Notes under the pieces: generated by a model | The model's input: only the letters and a program-made list of their open reading frames with translations | The model's database searches: none | Told to the model about the DNA's origin: nothing | Translations under genes and position numbers: made by a program | In this document: positions 18,186 to 28,371 of the stretch, piece by piece | Layout: every line of letters starts with the position of its first letter | Position numbering within the stretch: position 1 is the stretch's first letter | Assembly: GCA_000989675.1 (NCBI GenBank) | Contig: LBOT01000001.1 | Span: forward strand, 1-41,417 | Length of the DNA: 41,417 nucleotides | Direction: 5' to 3' | Source of the DNA: a candidate division WS6 bacterium GW2011_GWE2_33_157 | Lineage (GTDB): Bacteria > Patescibacteriota > Dojkabacteria > SC72

Positions 18186-20015
18186 ATGGAAGAAAAAATT
18201 AATACATCAAAGATAGTAATAGAAGATGGACATGAATTGACTGATGTTGTAAGAAATATTCATAAAAGTAAAGCTGAAAGAATAATACTCACATTCACAG
18301 ATCATACAGATTTATTAATAAGCCCAATAAATCTTAGGGTTTTGCAAGAAACAGCTACTCGAGAGGGAAAACTCCTTATTGCACAGATAATTCAGAATCC
18401 TACAGGAATAAGAAATTCTAAATTAGCCGGGATTAAGGTTATAGATTCTCCATCCAATCCAACGGAGGATGATTGGAGAGATGCTTTTGAAATATCAGAA
18501 AGTAAGAGAAAGGAGATATTGGAGAAAAAGAAAGAAAAAGTATCAACACAAACCTCAACAACCAAAACAAAAGAATCTTTTGAAGAAAGAGTCAATACAG
18601 CTATTAGTAAAAAACAAAATGGTGATTACATAGATAGGAGGGGAGTAAAATCAGAACCTTCCTTTATTTCCATTGATCAAGATTTACACCAAGAAGAAGA
18701 GGTTAATCCAGAAATAGCTGGGAAAGATTTCTCATCTCTACAAAATGTAGCTATTAACAATGTAACAACACCGCTACCAAGAAAGAAGGTTTTTGAATTA
18801 ATAAAAAATATTAAGCTTGATAAAAAGAAAGTTCTTAAACTTGTTCTTTTTGTTTTACTTCCATTACTACTAATATCTGGTTCTGCATTTGCAGTATACA
18901 ACCAGATAGGGACAGTAGCTAAAGTAAAAATCTTTGTAGAATCTAAACCCGTAGAAGTTGAAATGATTTTTACTGGTAAGGAGGGAATAGAAGAAATAGA
19001 CTTTGAGAATTTAGAAATACCAATAAAAAAAGAAGAAGCAACAAAGAGTCTTTCGGATAGTATAACTGCTACAGGTAAGGCCTTTAGGGGAACAAAAGCA
19101 AAAGGGGTTGTTAAAATAACATATTACCTAGGGGAGAGTTGTACAACAGATACTCCAAAGATTGTATTAGGGGCTGGGCATATTGTTTCAACAACAGAAT
19201 ATTCATATAAACTTACCACTGGGGTTGAATTAACATGTAACTTGATATCTGATGATATAACAGTTGAAGCAGTAGAAATTGGGGAACAATACAATATTCC
19301 TAGTGGAAAATCTTTTTCTATTCAAAACCAACCTAAAGTTACCGTCTATGCTTTGAATGCTGCAGCATTTACTGGTGGTACAAAAGAAGAATATACCGTT
19401 CTCTCCCAACAAGATGTTGATAATGCAGTAGAACAGCTAAGTACAACTGCAATAGAGGAAGTCAAATCTGAATTAAGAGAAAGTGGCAAAGGTTGGGCTA
19501 TTATCGAGGATACCATTATAAGTGCAGTAGATAAGGCAAGTATAAAAACAGATAAAAGTGTTGGGGCAGAAGCAAGTATTGTGAATTTAGATCTAACTAT
19601 TAAGGGAACTGCCACTTACTACTTTACAGATAATCTTAACGAAGGCCTTACAACAATTCTCAGAGAGGAAGCAGAAGATAAGAACCTGTTTGAAAGTGAT
19701 AAAGATGTTGAATTAGTATTAGGAGATGAGATAGATAAATCTCTTACAGTAGAGGAGAGTGATAAAGATGTCGTTAAGATTAAACTAGTAGCAAAATCTA
19801 CAATAAAACCTAAGATAGAGAAGACCGTATTAGAAAATACATTAAGAGGAATGGCATGGGACGAGGGGATTAATTACATTAACAACCTCAAATATGCAGA
19901 GAGGAAAGCAGTTATAACCTTTCTTCCACAGAAATATCCTACATTCCTAAAAAGATTCCCTGATAGAAAGGGTGGGGTTATGATTGAGATACAAGAGCTA
20001 GAAGTGCAAGAATAG
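18186..20015 (+). CDS. Membrane-anchored protein with baseplate-J/gp47-like extracellular domain
   Basis: Cytoplasmic N-domain (LISPINLRVLQ), TM at about aa 217-238, then ATGK...AKGVVKI...VEAVEIGEQYNI...AFTGG...LSQQDVD. Confidence 0.65.
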   Translation: MEEKINTSKIVIEDGHELTDVVRNIHKSKAERIILTFTDHTDLLISPINLRVLQETATREGKLLIAQIIQNPTGIRNSKLAGIKVIDSPSNPTEDDWRDAFEISESKRKEILEKKKEKVSTQTSTTKTKESFEERVNTAISKKQNGDYIDRRGVKSEPSFISIDQDLHQEEEVNPEIAGKDFSSLQNVAINNVTTPLPRKKVFELIKNIKLDKKKVLKLVLFVLLPLLLISGSAFAVYNQIGTVAKVKIFVESKPVEVEMIFTGKEGIEEIDFENLEIPIKKEEATKSLSDSITATGKAFRGTKAKGVVKITYYLGESCTTDTPKIVLGAGHIVSTTEYSYKLTTGVELTCNLISDDITVEAVEIGEQYNIPSGKSFSIQNQPKVTVYALNAAAFTGGTKEEYTVLSQQDVDNAVEQLSTTAIEEVKSELRESGKGWAIIEDTIISAVDKASIKTDKSVGAEASIVNLDLTIKGTATYYFTDNLNEGLTTILREEAEDKNLFESDKDVELVLGDEIDKSLTVEESDKDVVKIKLVAKSTIKPKIEKTVLENTLRGMAWDEGINYINNLKYAERKAVITFLPQKYPTFLKRFPDRKGGVMIEIQELEVQE

Positions 20016-20057
20016 TCTTTAAATTAATCTAAATTACTGATAGAATTGCATGTTTAT

Positions 20058-20134
20058 GTACCCGTAGCTCAATCGGATAGAGCAATTGCCTTCTAAGCAG
20101 TAGGTTGTCGGTTCGATTCCGGCCGGGTACGCCA
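20058..20134 (+). tRNA. tRNA-Arg(TCT)
   Basis: Acceptor GTACCCG/CGGGTAC, anticodon arm ATTGC-CTTCTAA-GCAGT, GTTCGATTC T-loop, encoded CCA. Confidence 0.96.
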
Positions 20135-20136
20135 CA

Positions 20137-20226
20137 GGAGAGATGCCTGAGTGGCCGAAAGGACACGCTTGGAAAGCGTGCGTATGAGAAATCGTACCGT
20201 GGGTTCGAATCCCACTCTCTCCGCCA
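20137..20226 (+). tRNA. tRNA-Ser(GGA)
   Basis: GGAGAGA/TCTCTCC acceptor, CACGC-TTGGAAA-GCGTG, long variable arm, GGTTCGAATCC, G73 plus CCA. Confidence 0.96.
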
Positions 20227-20248
20227 CTTGTAAGAACAGTATAAAAAT

Positions 20249-20830
20249 ATGCTAGATTTAATAGGAATAATTTATTTTACACTCTCCGTACTATACCTAC
20301 TTGGTAGCTTTCCGATTGGAGTCTTTGAATTTCTTGATTTAAGAGAGGGCTATGCTATTAGCGACTATGCAACACTTTTTGAAACTAGTACCTATTTTAG
20401 TATATCCGCAATAATTACTGGTTTACTGTGTGGGTTAGACTCTATTACAAATCCGATATACAAGAAAGTAAGTATAAATATTTATAATTACCATGCACTA
20501 TCTTCATTCGCACTTCTAGGAATTGGCCTATTTCCACTTACAGGGGATGGCGTATGGTCATTTCCAAGAGTATTTCATTGGCTCTTTGCCCTCACATTTA
20601 TTCTTGTATACCCTGCCACTAGGTTACTAATACTTAAACATTACAACAAGAGAGCTTTTGAAAAACTTCTAATTGTTTTCTTAAGTTTAAATATTCTCGC
20701 CCTCCTTGTAACCATCGTAGTTCAATTTAAAAATATTGCATACCCAGAGTATTTAATGTGGCTTTCTCTACTTCTTACAATAGTGGTAAGTAAGATCCTG
20801 ATATCCAGAAAGAGTAAAAACGCAGAGTAG
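20249..20830 (+). CDS. Hypothetical polytopic membrane protein (possibly DUF998/Frag1-like)
   Basis: About 6 TM segments; AISDYA, IGLFP and VFHWLFA segments. Confidence 0.65.
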   Translation: MLDLIGIIYFTLSVLYLLGSFPIGVFEFLDLREGYAISDYATLFETSTYFSISAIITGLLCGLDSITNPIYKKVSINIYNYHALSSFALLGIGLFPLTGDGVWSFPRVFHWLFALTFILVYPATRLLILKHYNKRAFEKLLIVFLSLNILALLVTIVVQFKNIAYPEYLMWLSLLLTIVVSKILISRKSKNAE

Positions 20831-20992
20831 GGGATATATATATACAAAGAGGACTTTTGAATATCTGTTTTGTAACATATATATTTGATGAAAGCTTTCT
20901 TTTGCCTATTGATTAGAAACCTAATTGGGGAAATTAAAGATACAAGTATATATTAGGAAAGAAAGTATGTTAAAAAATATTGGACATAGATA

Positions 20993-21523
20993 TTACTCTT
21001 CGCTATCTTCTTCACTCTCCTCTGCAGTATCATCTGGAGTTTCAATAATATTCATATCTTTCTCGGAAGTAGGGATAATCTGTATATGCCTATCCATACC
21101 CTCTCCAATACTCTCTGTTTTAATATCATCAAAAACCTGTAATGTCATATGTACAACCCTTCTATCCGAAGCTCTCATAGGAGGCAGGTCTACAGGTTCT
21201 CCAAGTATTCGTGCATCATCTGCCTTCTGTAATGCAAATCTTTCTAACTTGCTATCCCTATCTTTTTTATAACCACAAACATCTAATACGACTCTGTAGT
21301 CTGTATTCTCGGGGAGTTTTTTTCTTAATATCATACTTAGTACATACTGAAAAGAATCTAAATGCTTTCCATGGTTTCCTATTAAATACCCCAACTTATC
21401 ACCCTCGAAAGATATTTTGAAATATGAGACCCCTTCGTTATCTTCTATCTCTAAGGAATACTCGGCCTCTATCCCTATTAAAGAGAGTAGGGAATCTAAT
21501 TCTTTTTTAACAATATTTTCCAT
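20993..21523 (-). CDS. jag: Jag/KhpB (EloR) RNA-binding protein, KH+R3H
   Basis: GYLIGNHGKHLDSFQY KH motif and LPPMRASDRRVVH R3H; downstream of yidC. Confidence 0.92.
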   Translation of the reverse strand: MENIVKKELDSLLSLIGIEAEYSLEIEDNEGVSYFKISFEGDKLGYLIGNHGKHLDSFQYVLSMILRKKLPENTDYRVVLDVCGYKKDRDSKLERFALQKADDARILGEPVDLPPMRASDRRVVHMTLQVFDDIKTESIGEGMDRHIQIIPTSEKDMNIIETPDDTAEESEEDSEE

Positions 21524-21533
21524 ATCTATGGAT

Positions 21534-22388
21534 TTATAATTTATCTTCTTTTTTCTTTTTTAATAGATCCCACAAGTTCTGTACACCCTTCTTTGTTTTA
21601 TCAAAATCTAAGGAAAGATATTGTATTGCAAGAAGGAGGGATTGTACTATCCAATACCAACCTAATGCTGCTGGCATACTAATAGTAAAGAAAGCTGTCA
21701 TTAACGGGAACAGATACATCATTGATTTCTGCATATTGGCCTGCATATCTTCTGAAACAGACCCTTCCTTCCCACTCTTCTTCTTAGCAGGGGTTGTTGT
21801 AGGATTCTGCATCTTTTGCGTGAATAATGTAGTTATGTACTGAACAACACCTACCAATATTGATAACCCTATATATGGTAACGCCTCTGCAGATACCCTT
21901 CCAAATTCGGATGATACCGAGTTATACGATTTTGTTAAATCAAAAAACAAAAATTTGGTGTTAATACTAAACCCATCTGTGATTCCCAGGATTTCGCTAA
22001 CCCAAGGGTAAAGACCTTCTATATCACTACTTGTCACAGCCCTTATTACTCCTATCAACGCAGAAAGTATTATTAATTGTGGTACTAAAGTTCCTGCACA
22101 TCCTAATGGGTTGTAACCGACTTTTTTGTATAACTTCATTTGCTCTTGGGTTAATTTCTCTTTGTTGTTTGCATACTTTTTCTGAAGAACTTCTAATTGG
22201 GGTTTAAGCGATGCCATCTTTCTTGTCATCTCAGTTTGTCTTTTTACTAAAGGTGTCATTAACAGTCTAACTATTACAGCTATTGCTAAAATGGCTAAAC
22301 CTAAGTTATCACCAAGATAGTGATAAAGAAGCATAATGACATTAAGTAAAGGGTCTGAGAATACTGTATTCCAAATTGTTGTAAACAT
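21534..22388 (-). CDS. yidC: Membrane protein insertase YidC
   Basis: LGLAI...VRLLMTPL, LKPQLEVLQKKY, MKLYKKVGYNPLGC and MPAALGWYW. Confidence 0.95.
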   Translation of the reverse strand: MFTTIWNTVFSDPLLNVIMLLYHYLGDNLGLAILAIAVIVRLLMTPLVKRQTEMTRKMASLKPQLEVLQKKYANNKEKLTQEQMKLYKKVGYNPLGCAGTLVPQLIILSALIGVIRAVTSSDIEGLYPWVSEILGITDGFSINTKFLFFDLTKSYNSVSSEFGRVSAEALPYIGLSILVGVVQYITTLFTQKMQNPTTTPAKKKSGKEGSVSEDMQANMQKSMMYLFPLMTAFFTISMPAALGWYWIVQSLLLAIQYLSLDFDKTKKGVQNLWDLLKKKKEDKL

Positions 22389-22437
22389 TTTTTAAAGAAT
22401 AATAATAAAAATCTAAAGCATTATACATTAAACTAGT

Positions 22438-22743
22438 CTATTTTTCAGGTACAGGGTCATATTGTCCTGTAATAGCCCAAGGGTTACATCTAATAATCCT
22501 TTTAATAGCAAGATAATTACCTTTGAAAATACCGAATTTCTCTATAACTCCATAGCCATACTCTGAGCATGTTGGTGTGAATTTACACGCTCTTTCATTC
22601 GGATGAAATTTCCCTAAAAGCCCATGATCAAGAGAGAGTGTTTTTTGATAGCCCTTTATTAGGAACAACTCAAATCCCTTGATTAATTCTAAAGGCATTT
22701 TTAAACTGTTGAGTATACTCCTTTTCAAGTTGTGCATAGTCAT
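22438..22743 (-). CDS. yidD: Membrane protein insertion efficiency factor
   Basis: IKGYQKTLS, CKFTPTCSEY and KRIIRCNPW...YDPVP. Start uncertain. Confidence 0.93.
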   Translation of the reverse strand: MTMHNLKRSILNSLKMPLELIKGFELFLIKGYQKTLSLDHGLLGKFHPNERACKFTPTCSEYGYGVIEKFGIFKGNYLAIKRIIRCNPWAITGQYDPVPEK

Positions 22744-23020
22744 TACAATATTTAAAAGCTACATATATACATCTATACTGTTTTTCTGTTTCTGTATATT
22801 TCTTTAAGTTCTCTTTGGTAATTTCTCTTAGAAGTCTAGTCATTCTATGTCTTTGTACTGCGTTCCCTATTTTTTTACTTACTATGAACAAGAATTGAGT
22901 TTCTTTTGTGTCTAGATATTCTTTTACGATAAGCATACCAAACTCTCCTCGGAACTTTATTCCTTGCTCATAGAGAGTTTTAATATATTTCTGGTTTAAT
23001 CTGTTTTCTTTTGGAAGCAT
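22670..23020 (-). CDS. rnpA: Ribonuclease P protein component
   Basis: MLPKENRL start; IVSKKIGNAVQRHRMTRLLRE; located between rpmH and yidD. Confidence 0.93.
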   Translation of the reverse strand: MLPKENRLNQKYIKTLYEQGIKFRGEFGMLIVKEYLDTKETQFLFIVSKKIGNAVQRHRMTRLLREITKENLKKYTETEKQYRCIYVAFKYCNDYAQLEKEYTQQFKNAFRINQGI

Positions 23021-23033
23021 GTTTAAGTATACA

Positions 23034-23222
23034 CTACCTAATTCTTGCAAGAGGTCTTTTTCTTAACAATCGATACTCTTCACTTGCAGTAAGAGATTTT
23101 CTACCTTTTGCTTTTCTTCTTTTCAAGACTTCCCTACCATCAGAAGTTTTGTTTCTAGCTCTAAAGCCGAATTTCTTGATTCTTTTTAAATTTTTAGGCT
23201 GATATGTTCTTTTTGTTGACAT
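23034..23222 (-). CDS. rpmH: 50S ribosomal protein L34 (with C-terminal extension)
   Basis: KRTYQP...[29 protein letters not shown]. Confidence 0.97.
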   Translation of the reverse strand: MSTKRTYQPKNLKRIKKFGFRARNKTSDGREVLKRRKAKGRKSLTASEEYRLLRKRPLARIR

Positions 23223-23401
23223 TTTTTTTATTTCCTTTTTTCAAAAGCAGACACATTATATATTAATACCTATCAGTATGGCAAATATTAAAGAAATATT
23301 AGCAAAGAAATGTATTTCTAAAGATATCTAACACAGATAGAGTAGACTGAGCCCTTTAAAAACCCTTGTAACAGAAGCTTAATAAGCTACTCCCCAAACT
23401 A

Positions 23402-23410
23402 TTATCCACA
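23402..23410 (+). promoter_or_regulatory. DnaA box upstream of dnaA
   Basis: Perfect TTATCCACA. Confidence 0.8.
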
Positions 23411-23421
23411 TTTTTCTAGAA

Positions 23422-24981
23422 ATGAATATAATAGGGGTACCAGTCCCAATCGACCATATACTGCCCAGTGACTTTTTTAAAATACTGAAGTACTACATTA
23501 GTATGGATAAAATTGACTTCGAAAAATATATAACCGAAATGCCAAAACCAAACATGGAAAGTACAACAAGTACCGTTGAAGATTTCAATACAGAGGATAT
23601 ATGGAAGATTGTTTCAGAGAACCTTAAGATGATTTTAGATAGGGTAGAATATAACTCATGGTTTAGTGACACATATTTGGAGGATATTAGAAATGGTGTA
23701 GCAACTCTTTCCTGTTCTAGTGAATTCAAAAGGGGAACAATTCTTCGTGATTATAGTAAGTTTCTTCAAAGCTGTTTAACAAGAGCTACTGGCCAAAACC
23801 TACAATTGGAAATCCTTATTAAAAGTAGTGGAATAAAAAGGAAGGATACTCAAGATAGGTATGAATTTGTAAGTACTCCACAACAGAGTAGCGTAACTCT
23901 TTTTTCTGGGATAGAAAGTGATAGTAAAAAATATAAACAAGCACTAAGTAGTGCAAGATTAAATCCAAAATATACCTTTGACAATTTTATCGTTGGTCCT
24001 AATAGCAGGTTGGCAGAGGCTGTGGCTCAAGCAGTTGTTCATGATATTAATAATAATAATCTAACCAAATCATATAATCCTGTGTTTTACTATGGTAGTA
24101 CAGGGGTTGGCAAAACTCATTTAATGCAAGCTATTGGAAACGAAGTAATAAAGAAAGATCCTGAGAAAAAGGTTGTATATGTATCAATAGAGCAATTCTT
24201 AAATGAGATGATCGAAGCTATTAGAACAAGAAAGAACGAAGATTTTAGATCTAAATATAGGGAGGTCGATCTGTTAATAATAGATGATATACAGTTTGTA
24301 GAAGATTACCCTAAAACACAAGAAGAGCTATTCCATACTTTTAATACATTGTACCAAGCTAATAAACAAATAATACTTGCATCAGACAGACCACCAAGAG
24401 AAATAAAAAATATTACAGATAGACTAAGGTCTAGATTTGAAGGTGGAATGGTTGCTGATATTCAAATTCCAGATTATGAAACTAGGGTAGCAATATTAAA
24501 ACAAAGCTTGTTAGATAAAAATGCAACAGTCCCTGATATGTATTTAGAGTTAATAGCCAAGAATATTGAAAATAGTGTAAGAGAATTAGAAGGGGCTCTT
24601 AACAAAGTAATAACGCTTTCTAAACTAGGCGAGGTGCCTACGTATGAAGAGGTTGCAAGAATCCTTCAGTTAGATATAGAGAGTAAAAGAAATAAGGTAA
24701 CACCTCTAAAAGTATTAGATGTTACATCTTCTGTCTTTGATATATCTGTAAGATATATAAAGAGTAAAAGAAGAATGGCACATATTTCCTTGGCAAGACA
24801 AGTTGTAATGTACATACTAAGGACAGATTTAGAACTACCTTTGGAAACTGTTGCTAAAGAAGTAAATAGGACAGACCATACAACAGTACTACACGCATGT
24901 AAACAGATAGAGCAAAAGATGAAACAAGATAGTAGGTTAGCAGAGAAGGTAGAATTGTGTAGAAAGAAAATTTTCTTTTAA
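23422..24981 (+). CDS. dnaA: Chromosomal replication initiator DnaA (true start may be 23503 or later)
   Basis: LNPKYTFDNFIVG, YNPVFYYGSTGVGKTHL, LLIIDDIQF, QEELFHTFN, RLRSRFEGG, RELEGAL and DHTTVLH. Confidence 0.98.
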   Translation: MNIIGVPVPIDHILPSDFFKILKYYISMDKIDFEKYITEMPKPNMESTTSTVEDFNTEDIWKIVSENLKMILDRVEYNSWFSDTYLEDIRNGVATLSCSSEFKRGTILRDYSKFLQSCLTRATGQNLQLEILIKSSGIKRKDTQDRYEFVSTPQQSSVTLFSGIESDSKKYKQALSSARLNPKYTFDNFIVGPNSRLAEAVAQAVVHDINNNNLTKSYNPVFYYGSTGVGKTHLMQAIGNEVIKKDPEKKVVYVSIEQFLNEMIEAIRTRKNEDFRSKYREVDLLIIDDIQFVEDYPKTQEELFHTFNTLYQANKQIILASDRPPREIKNITDRLRSRFEGGMVADIQIPDYETRVAILKQSLLDKNATVPDMYLELIAKNIENSVRELEGALNKVITLSKLGEVPTYEEVARILQLDIESKRNKVTPLKVLDVTSSVFDISVRYIKSKRRMAHISLARQVVMYILRTDLELPLETVAKEVNRTDHTTVLHACKQIEQKMKQDSRLAEKVELCRKKIFF

Positions 24982-25415
24982 CTGTGGTTAACCTGTGGAT
25001 AGCTGTTGATAAGTGTAGGATAAGTATGGTTTTTCTCCACACCTATATATCTCATTAATTTAACAATTAGTTGCTAATACAACGTTTTTAATAAAATAGT
25101 AATACACATAGAGGCCACTGTTTTCCATTTTAATACACATATTCCATACACAATAGGAATATATAATGAAATAGATAAGAAACAATAAATTTAAGTAAAT
25201 ATTAATTAAAAAATTATCAACATAGTAAATATTTAAGGATTTACTGTTAACAAAGGTCTCAATTAATGAAATCTGGAAGTTATCAACTTATCCATACTTA
25301 CTACTACGATGACAACTTAATATTTATAAAAATTAAAACAGTAGAAAACTTACCTTATATTAAGTAGAATATAGAATAACTGCCCAAGTAATTAATATTA
25401 ATATATGTACATAAA
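24982..25415. other. Replication origin oriC
   Basis: dnaA-dnaN intergenic region with DnaA-box variants TGTGGTTAA (24983), TGTGGATAG (24994), TGTTGATAA (25004), TTCTCCACA (25033), TTATCAACA (25214) and TTATCCATA (25288), followed by CTA-type trios and an AT-rich tract. Confidence 0.88.
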
Positions 25416-26537
25416 ATGCAATTCTCTTGTAATCAAGATACTCTTAGAAAGTATCTTAATATAATAAGTAGGGTAGTAAGTAGTAAACCAGGATTACCAA
25501 TACTTAACAACGTTCAATTTGAAAGTAGTAAGGGTAAACTCATGATGACTGCAACAGATTTAGAAATTGGTATAAATACTTGGATAGGGGCAGATGTAAG
25601 ATCCGAAGGGAAGATTACAGTACCAGCAAAGCAGTTAACAGAATTTGTAAACAGTATTCCATCAGAAACAATCGATGTATCACTAGATAATCAAAGTTTT
25701 AACATTACAAGTACAAACAATTCTGCCAGTTTTAATACAATGTCTGCAGAAGATTTTCCTGCAGTAGCTACGGTTACAGACAAAACCCCATTATTTAAAC
25801 TTTCAAAAGAGGATTTAGTAAAAGCAGTTGAAAGAGTTGCTTTTGCATCTGCAACAGACGATATTAAACCTGTACTTACGGGTGTACTTTTAGAAGTAGC
25901 AGGAGAAAGTATTTCATTTGTAGGAACTGATGGTCTAAGACTATCAAGACAAATTCTTAAAATAGATTCTAACGCAGAGAGTGATGTTAATGTATTAATA
26001 CCTGTTAAAGCTTTATTAGAGCTATCACATATAGTTTCAGAAATAGGAGAAGATGATGATATAGAGGTATATTTGATAGAAGATAGGAATCAAATACTTT
26101 TTAGATATAGTGGGGTGGATCTTGTTTCAAGATTAATAGATGGACAATTTCCAGAGTATAGACAAATTATTCCTACTGGATATAAAACACTATGTAAAAT
26201 TAGCAAATCAGAATTTATTAATTCCTTAAAAGTTACAAACACAATTGCTAAGAGCGTATTAGGGAACAAACTAATACTAGATATAGATTCTTCTGATAAT
26301 AAAATTACATTATCAGCTACACAAACAGATTTAGGGAGCAACAAAAGTGTATTTGATGCTAAAGTAGATGGAGATTCTATTAAAATAGCGTTTAGTTCAA
26401 GATTACTTACAGATATTCTAAATCATATAGATTCTGAGGATATTGTATTCGAATGTTCTGAAACAATTAAACCAGGAGTATTTAAAATCACAGAAGATCC
26501 TGATTTTGTACACCTTGTTATGCCAATGATGCTTTAG
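25416..26537 (+). CDS. dnaN: DNA polymerase III beta clamp
   Basis: PILNNV, ATDLEIGI, PVLTGV, VGTDGLRLS, SRLIDGQFPEYRQIIP and LVMPM. Confidence 0.98.
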   Translation: MQFSCNQDTLRKYLNIISRVVSSKPGLPILNNVQFESSKGKLMMTATDLEIGINTWIGADVRSEGKITVPAKQLTEFVNSIPSETIDVSLDNQSFNITSTNNSASFNTMSAEDFPAVATVTDKTPLFKLSKEDLVKAVERVAFASATDDIKPVLTGVLLEVAGESISFVGTDGLRLSRQILKIDSNAESDVNVLIPVKALLELSHIVSEIGEDDDIEVYLIEDRNQILFRYSGVDLVSRLIDGQFPEYRQIIPTGYKTLCKISKSEFINSLKVTNTIAKSVLGNKLILDIDSSDNKITLSATQTDLGSNKSVFDAKVDGDSIKIAFSSRLLTDILNHIDSEDIVFECSETIKPGVFKITEDPDFVHLVMPMML

Positions 26538-27201
26538 GTTCTTTAACTCTGTAACCTTGGCCATGTACAGTTTCAATTAAACCCTTACTAGGTATTTTGT
26601 CTCTTAACCTTTTAATATGTACATCAATTGTATTTGACCCTGTATAACTACGATAATCCCATACATGGTCTAGAAGTTCACACCTGCTAACAGTTCTATT
26701 TTTATTCCTAATCAAATACTCTAAAAGTTCGTACTCTTTTCTTCTCAACTCGATATCTTTCTCTTTTACACTTACCGTTTTATTCGTAGTATCAAGTAAA
26801 ACATTACCTAAATACATCTTACTATCAATATAGCTGTTTGGTCTCCTTAAAAGGGATTGTATCCTTGCAAGAAGCTCTTGTATTGGGAATGGATATGAAA
26901 GAACATCATCACCACCTATATTTAAGAAATTAACCTTGTCTTTCCATGTCCCTATACTACAAATACCTAAGATTTTACTTTGAACATTCTTTTTACTCTT
27001 TGCTTTTTTTATTAAATCTTCTGTTGTAAATTTTCCATTGATATTTGTATCAAGTATTAAAATCTCAAATAGGTCTCTTTTTACTAAATTTTCACTATTA
27101 AAATCTGAGGTATCTTCTGTCACATTATATCCATAGGCAACAAGGGTATTTTTAATAATGTGGGAAATAGTTTTAGATTTCTCTATAATTAAGATATTCA
27201 T
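26518..27201 (-). CDS. OmpR/PhoB-family response regulator with atypical receiver
   Basis: Receiver plus winged HTH (KEYELLEYL, LLDHVWD, NTIDVHIKRLRDK, IETVHGQGYR). The 3' end overlaps dnaN by 20 nt. Confidence 0.92.
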   Translation of the reverse strand: MNILIIEKSKTISHIIKNTLVAYGYNVTEDTSDFNSENLVKRDLFEILILDTNINGKFTTEDLIKKAKSKKNVQSKILGICSIGTWKDKVNFLNIGGDDVLSYPFPIQELLARIQSLLRRPNSYIDSKMYLGNVLLDTTNKTVSVKEKDIELRRKEYELLEYLIRNKNRTVSRCELLDHVWDYRSYTGSNTIDVHIKRLRDKIPSKGLIETVHGQGYRVKEPKASLA

Positions 27202-27245
27202 AAAGATTGGAATAAATTTAATTTTAAAGAATAACTATTTAATAG

Positions 27246-27644
27246 GTGGAAACAAAAACTTATAGACAAAAATTTGTTAAATTTATTCTTTCATATACAT
27301 TTTCTTTAATATTTTCTGTTGCAATTTTGTTATATTTATTCTCAATCAGAAACTTCTTACCTTTAAATGAAATAGGGGATTTTAATTGGCTTAACATTTT
27401 AGTATTTACATTTCTTCTATCTATCTTAATAGATTCTATTATTACAATCTTAATATACCTATTCTTATTATTTATTCTAAAGAAAGAGGGTAGTAGAGAG
27501 TTAGAGATCCTATCAATTAAATGGGGAATCCTTTTTACATTAGGTATTCAACTCGTTGTCCTTTTGAATTTTTTCCATATTCTTAATCTATATTGGGGCT
27601 TTGGTATTCTTTCTATTGTTATAATCCTTCTATTTATTATATGA
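27246..27644 (+). CDS. Hypothetical membrane protein (4 TM)
   Basis: 132-aa hydrophobic ORF, GTG start. Confidence 0.65.
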   Translation: METKTYRQKFVKFILSYTFSLIFSVAILLYLFSIRNFLPLNEIGDFNWLNILVFTFLLSILIDSIITILIYLFLLFILKKEGSRELEILSIKWGILFTLGIQLVVLLNFFHILNLYWGFGILSIVIILLFII

Positions 27645-27654
27645 TTACCTATAC

Positions 27655-28344
27655 ATGGCAACTTCTTTTAAGAAAAAAGTAGGGAATGAGTTTGAGGAAA
27701 TTTTGAAAATTCTTTCTGGAGAGTTAGAGCTTCGAGAAAAAGAAGAAAAGATTAAGGTCCTTAAAAAGAAGGCGATAGAAAGCAAAAAGGCGGAAACAAG
27801 AAAAAAAATAGCAGAGAAAGATATTGTTTTAGAAGAGAGTGATATTCCAACAAAAAAGGTAGTACAAAATATTAAACTTTTTGAATGGGAGGCATTAGAA
27901 AGGTATGAGTTTAAATTTGAAGGAAAGACACTTTGGATTGTTCTTTCTGCATTCTTACTGTTTACTCTTTATTTAGCAATATTAGGACAATATTGGCTAA
28001 TGGCTGCAATAATATCATTGGTATTCTTTATATATGTTGCAGGTACAAACAAACCTGGCAAGATAAAGCACAGGATTACTGCAAGGGGAGTAGATACTGG
28101 GGGTAAATTGTATGAATGGTTTATGCTTAACAATTTCTGGTTTTCTATTAGGAATGGTCAGTATTTTCTGATCCTTGAAACAAAGTTGAGATATCCAAGA
28201 GCAGTTATATTACTTTTGGGGGAAGCAGATAAGGATGCAATATTTGTTCTTCTACAAGAAAAAATATTGTACAAAGATATTAGGAAGCAAAACAAGTTAG
28301 ATGTTTGGACATATGGTCAATATATCCCCCTTGAGGAGATTTAA
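27655..28344 (+). CDS. Hypothetical protein: coiled coil, 2 TM and PH-like soluble domain
   Basis: LFEWEALE, TM pair and ITARGVDTGGKLYEW...NFW. Confidence 0.7.
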   Translation: MATSFKKKVGNEFEEILKILSGELELREKEEKIKVLKKKAIESKKAETRKKIAEKDIVLEESDIPTKKVVQNIKLFEWEALERYEFKFEGKTLWIVLSAFLLFTLYLAILGQYWLMAAIISLVFFIYVAGTNKPGKIKHRITARGVDTGGKLYEWFMLNNFWFSIRNGQYFLILETKLRYPRAVILLLGEADKDAIFVLLQEKILYKDIRKQNKLDVWTYGQYIPLEEI

Positions 28345-28371
28345 TCAATATTAAGATATAATAACAGCATT

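Noticed and set aside
18186..20015. Prophage or contractile injection system
   Set aside because: Only one baseplate-like domain, with a TM anchor; no sheath, tube, capsid or terminase genes.
20831..20992. Possible sRNA in the AT-rich gap
   Set aside because: Only a weak (AT)n-based imperfect hairpin, expected at this composition.
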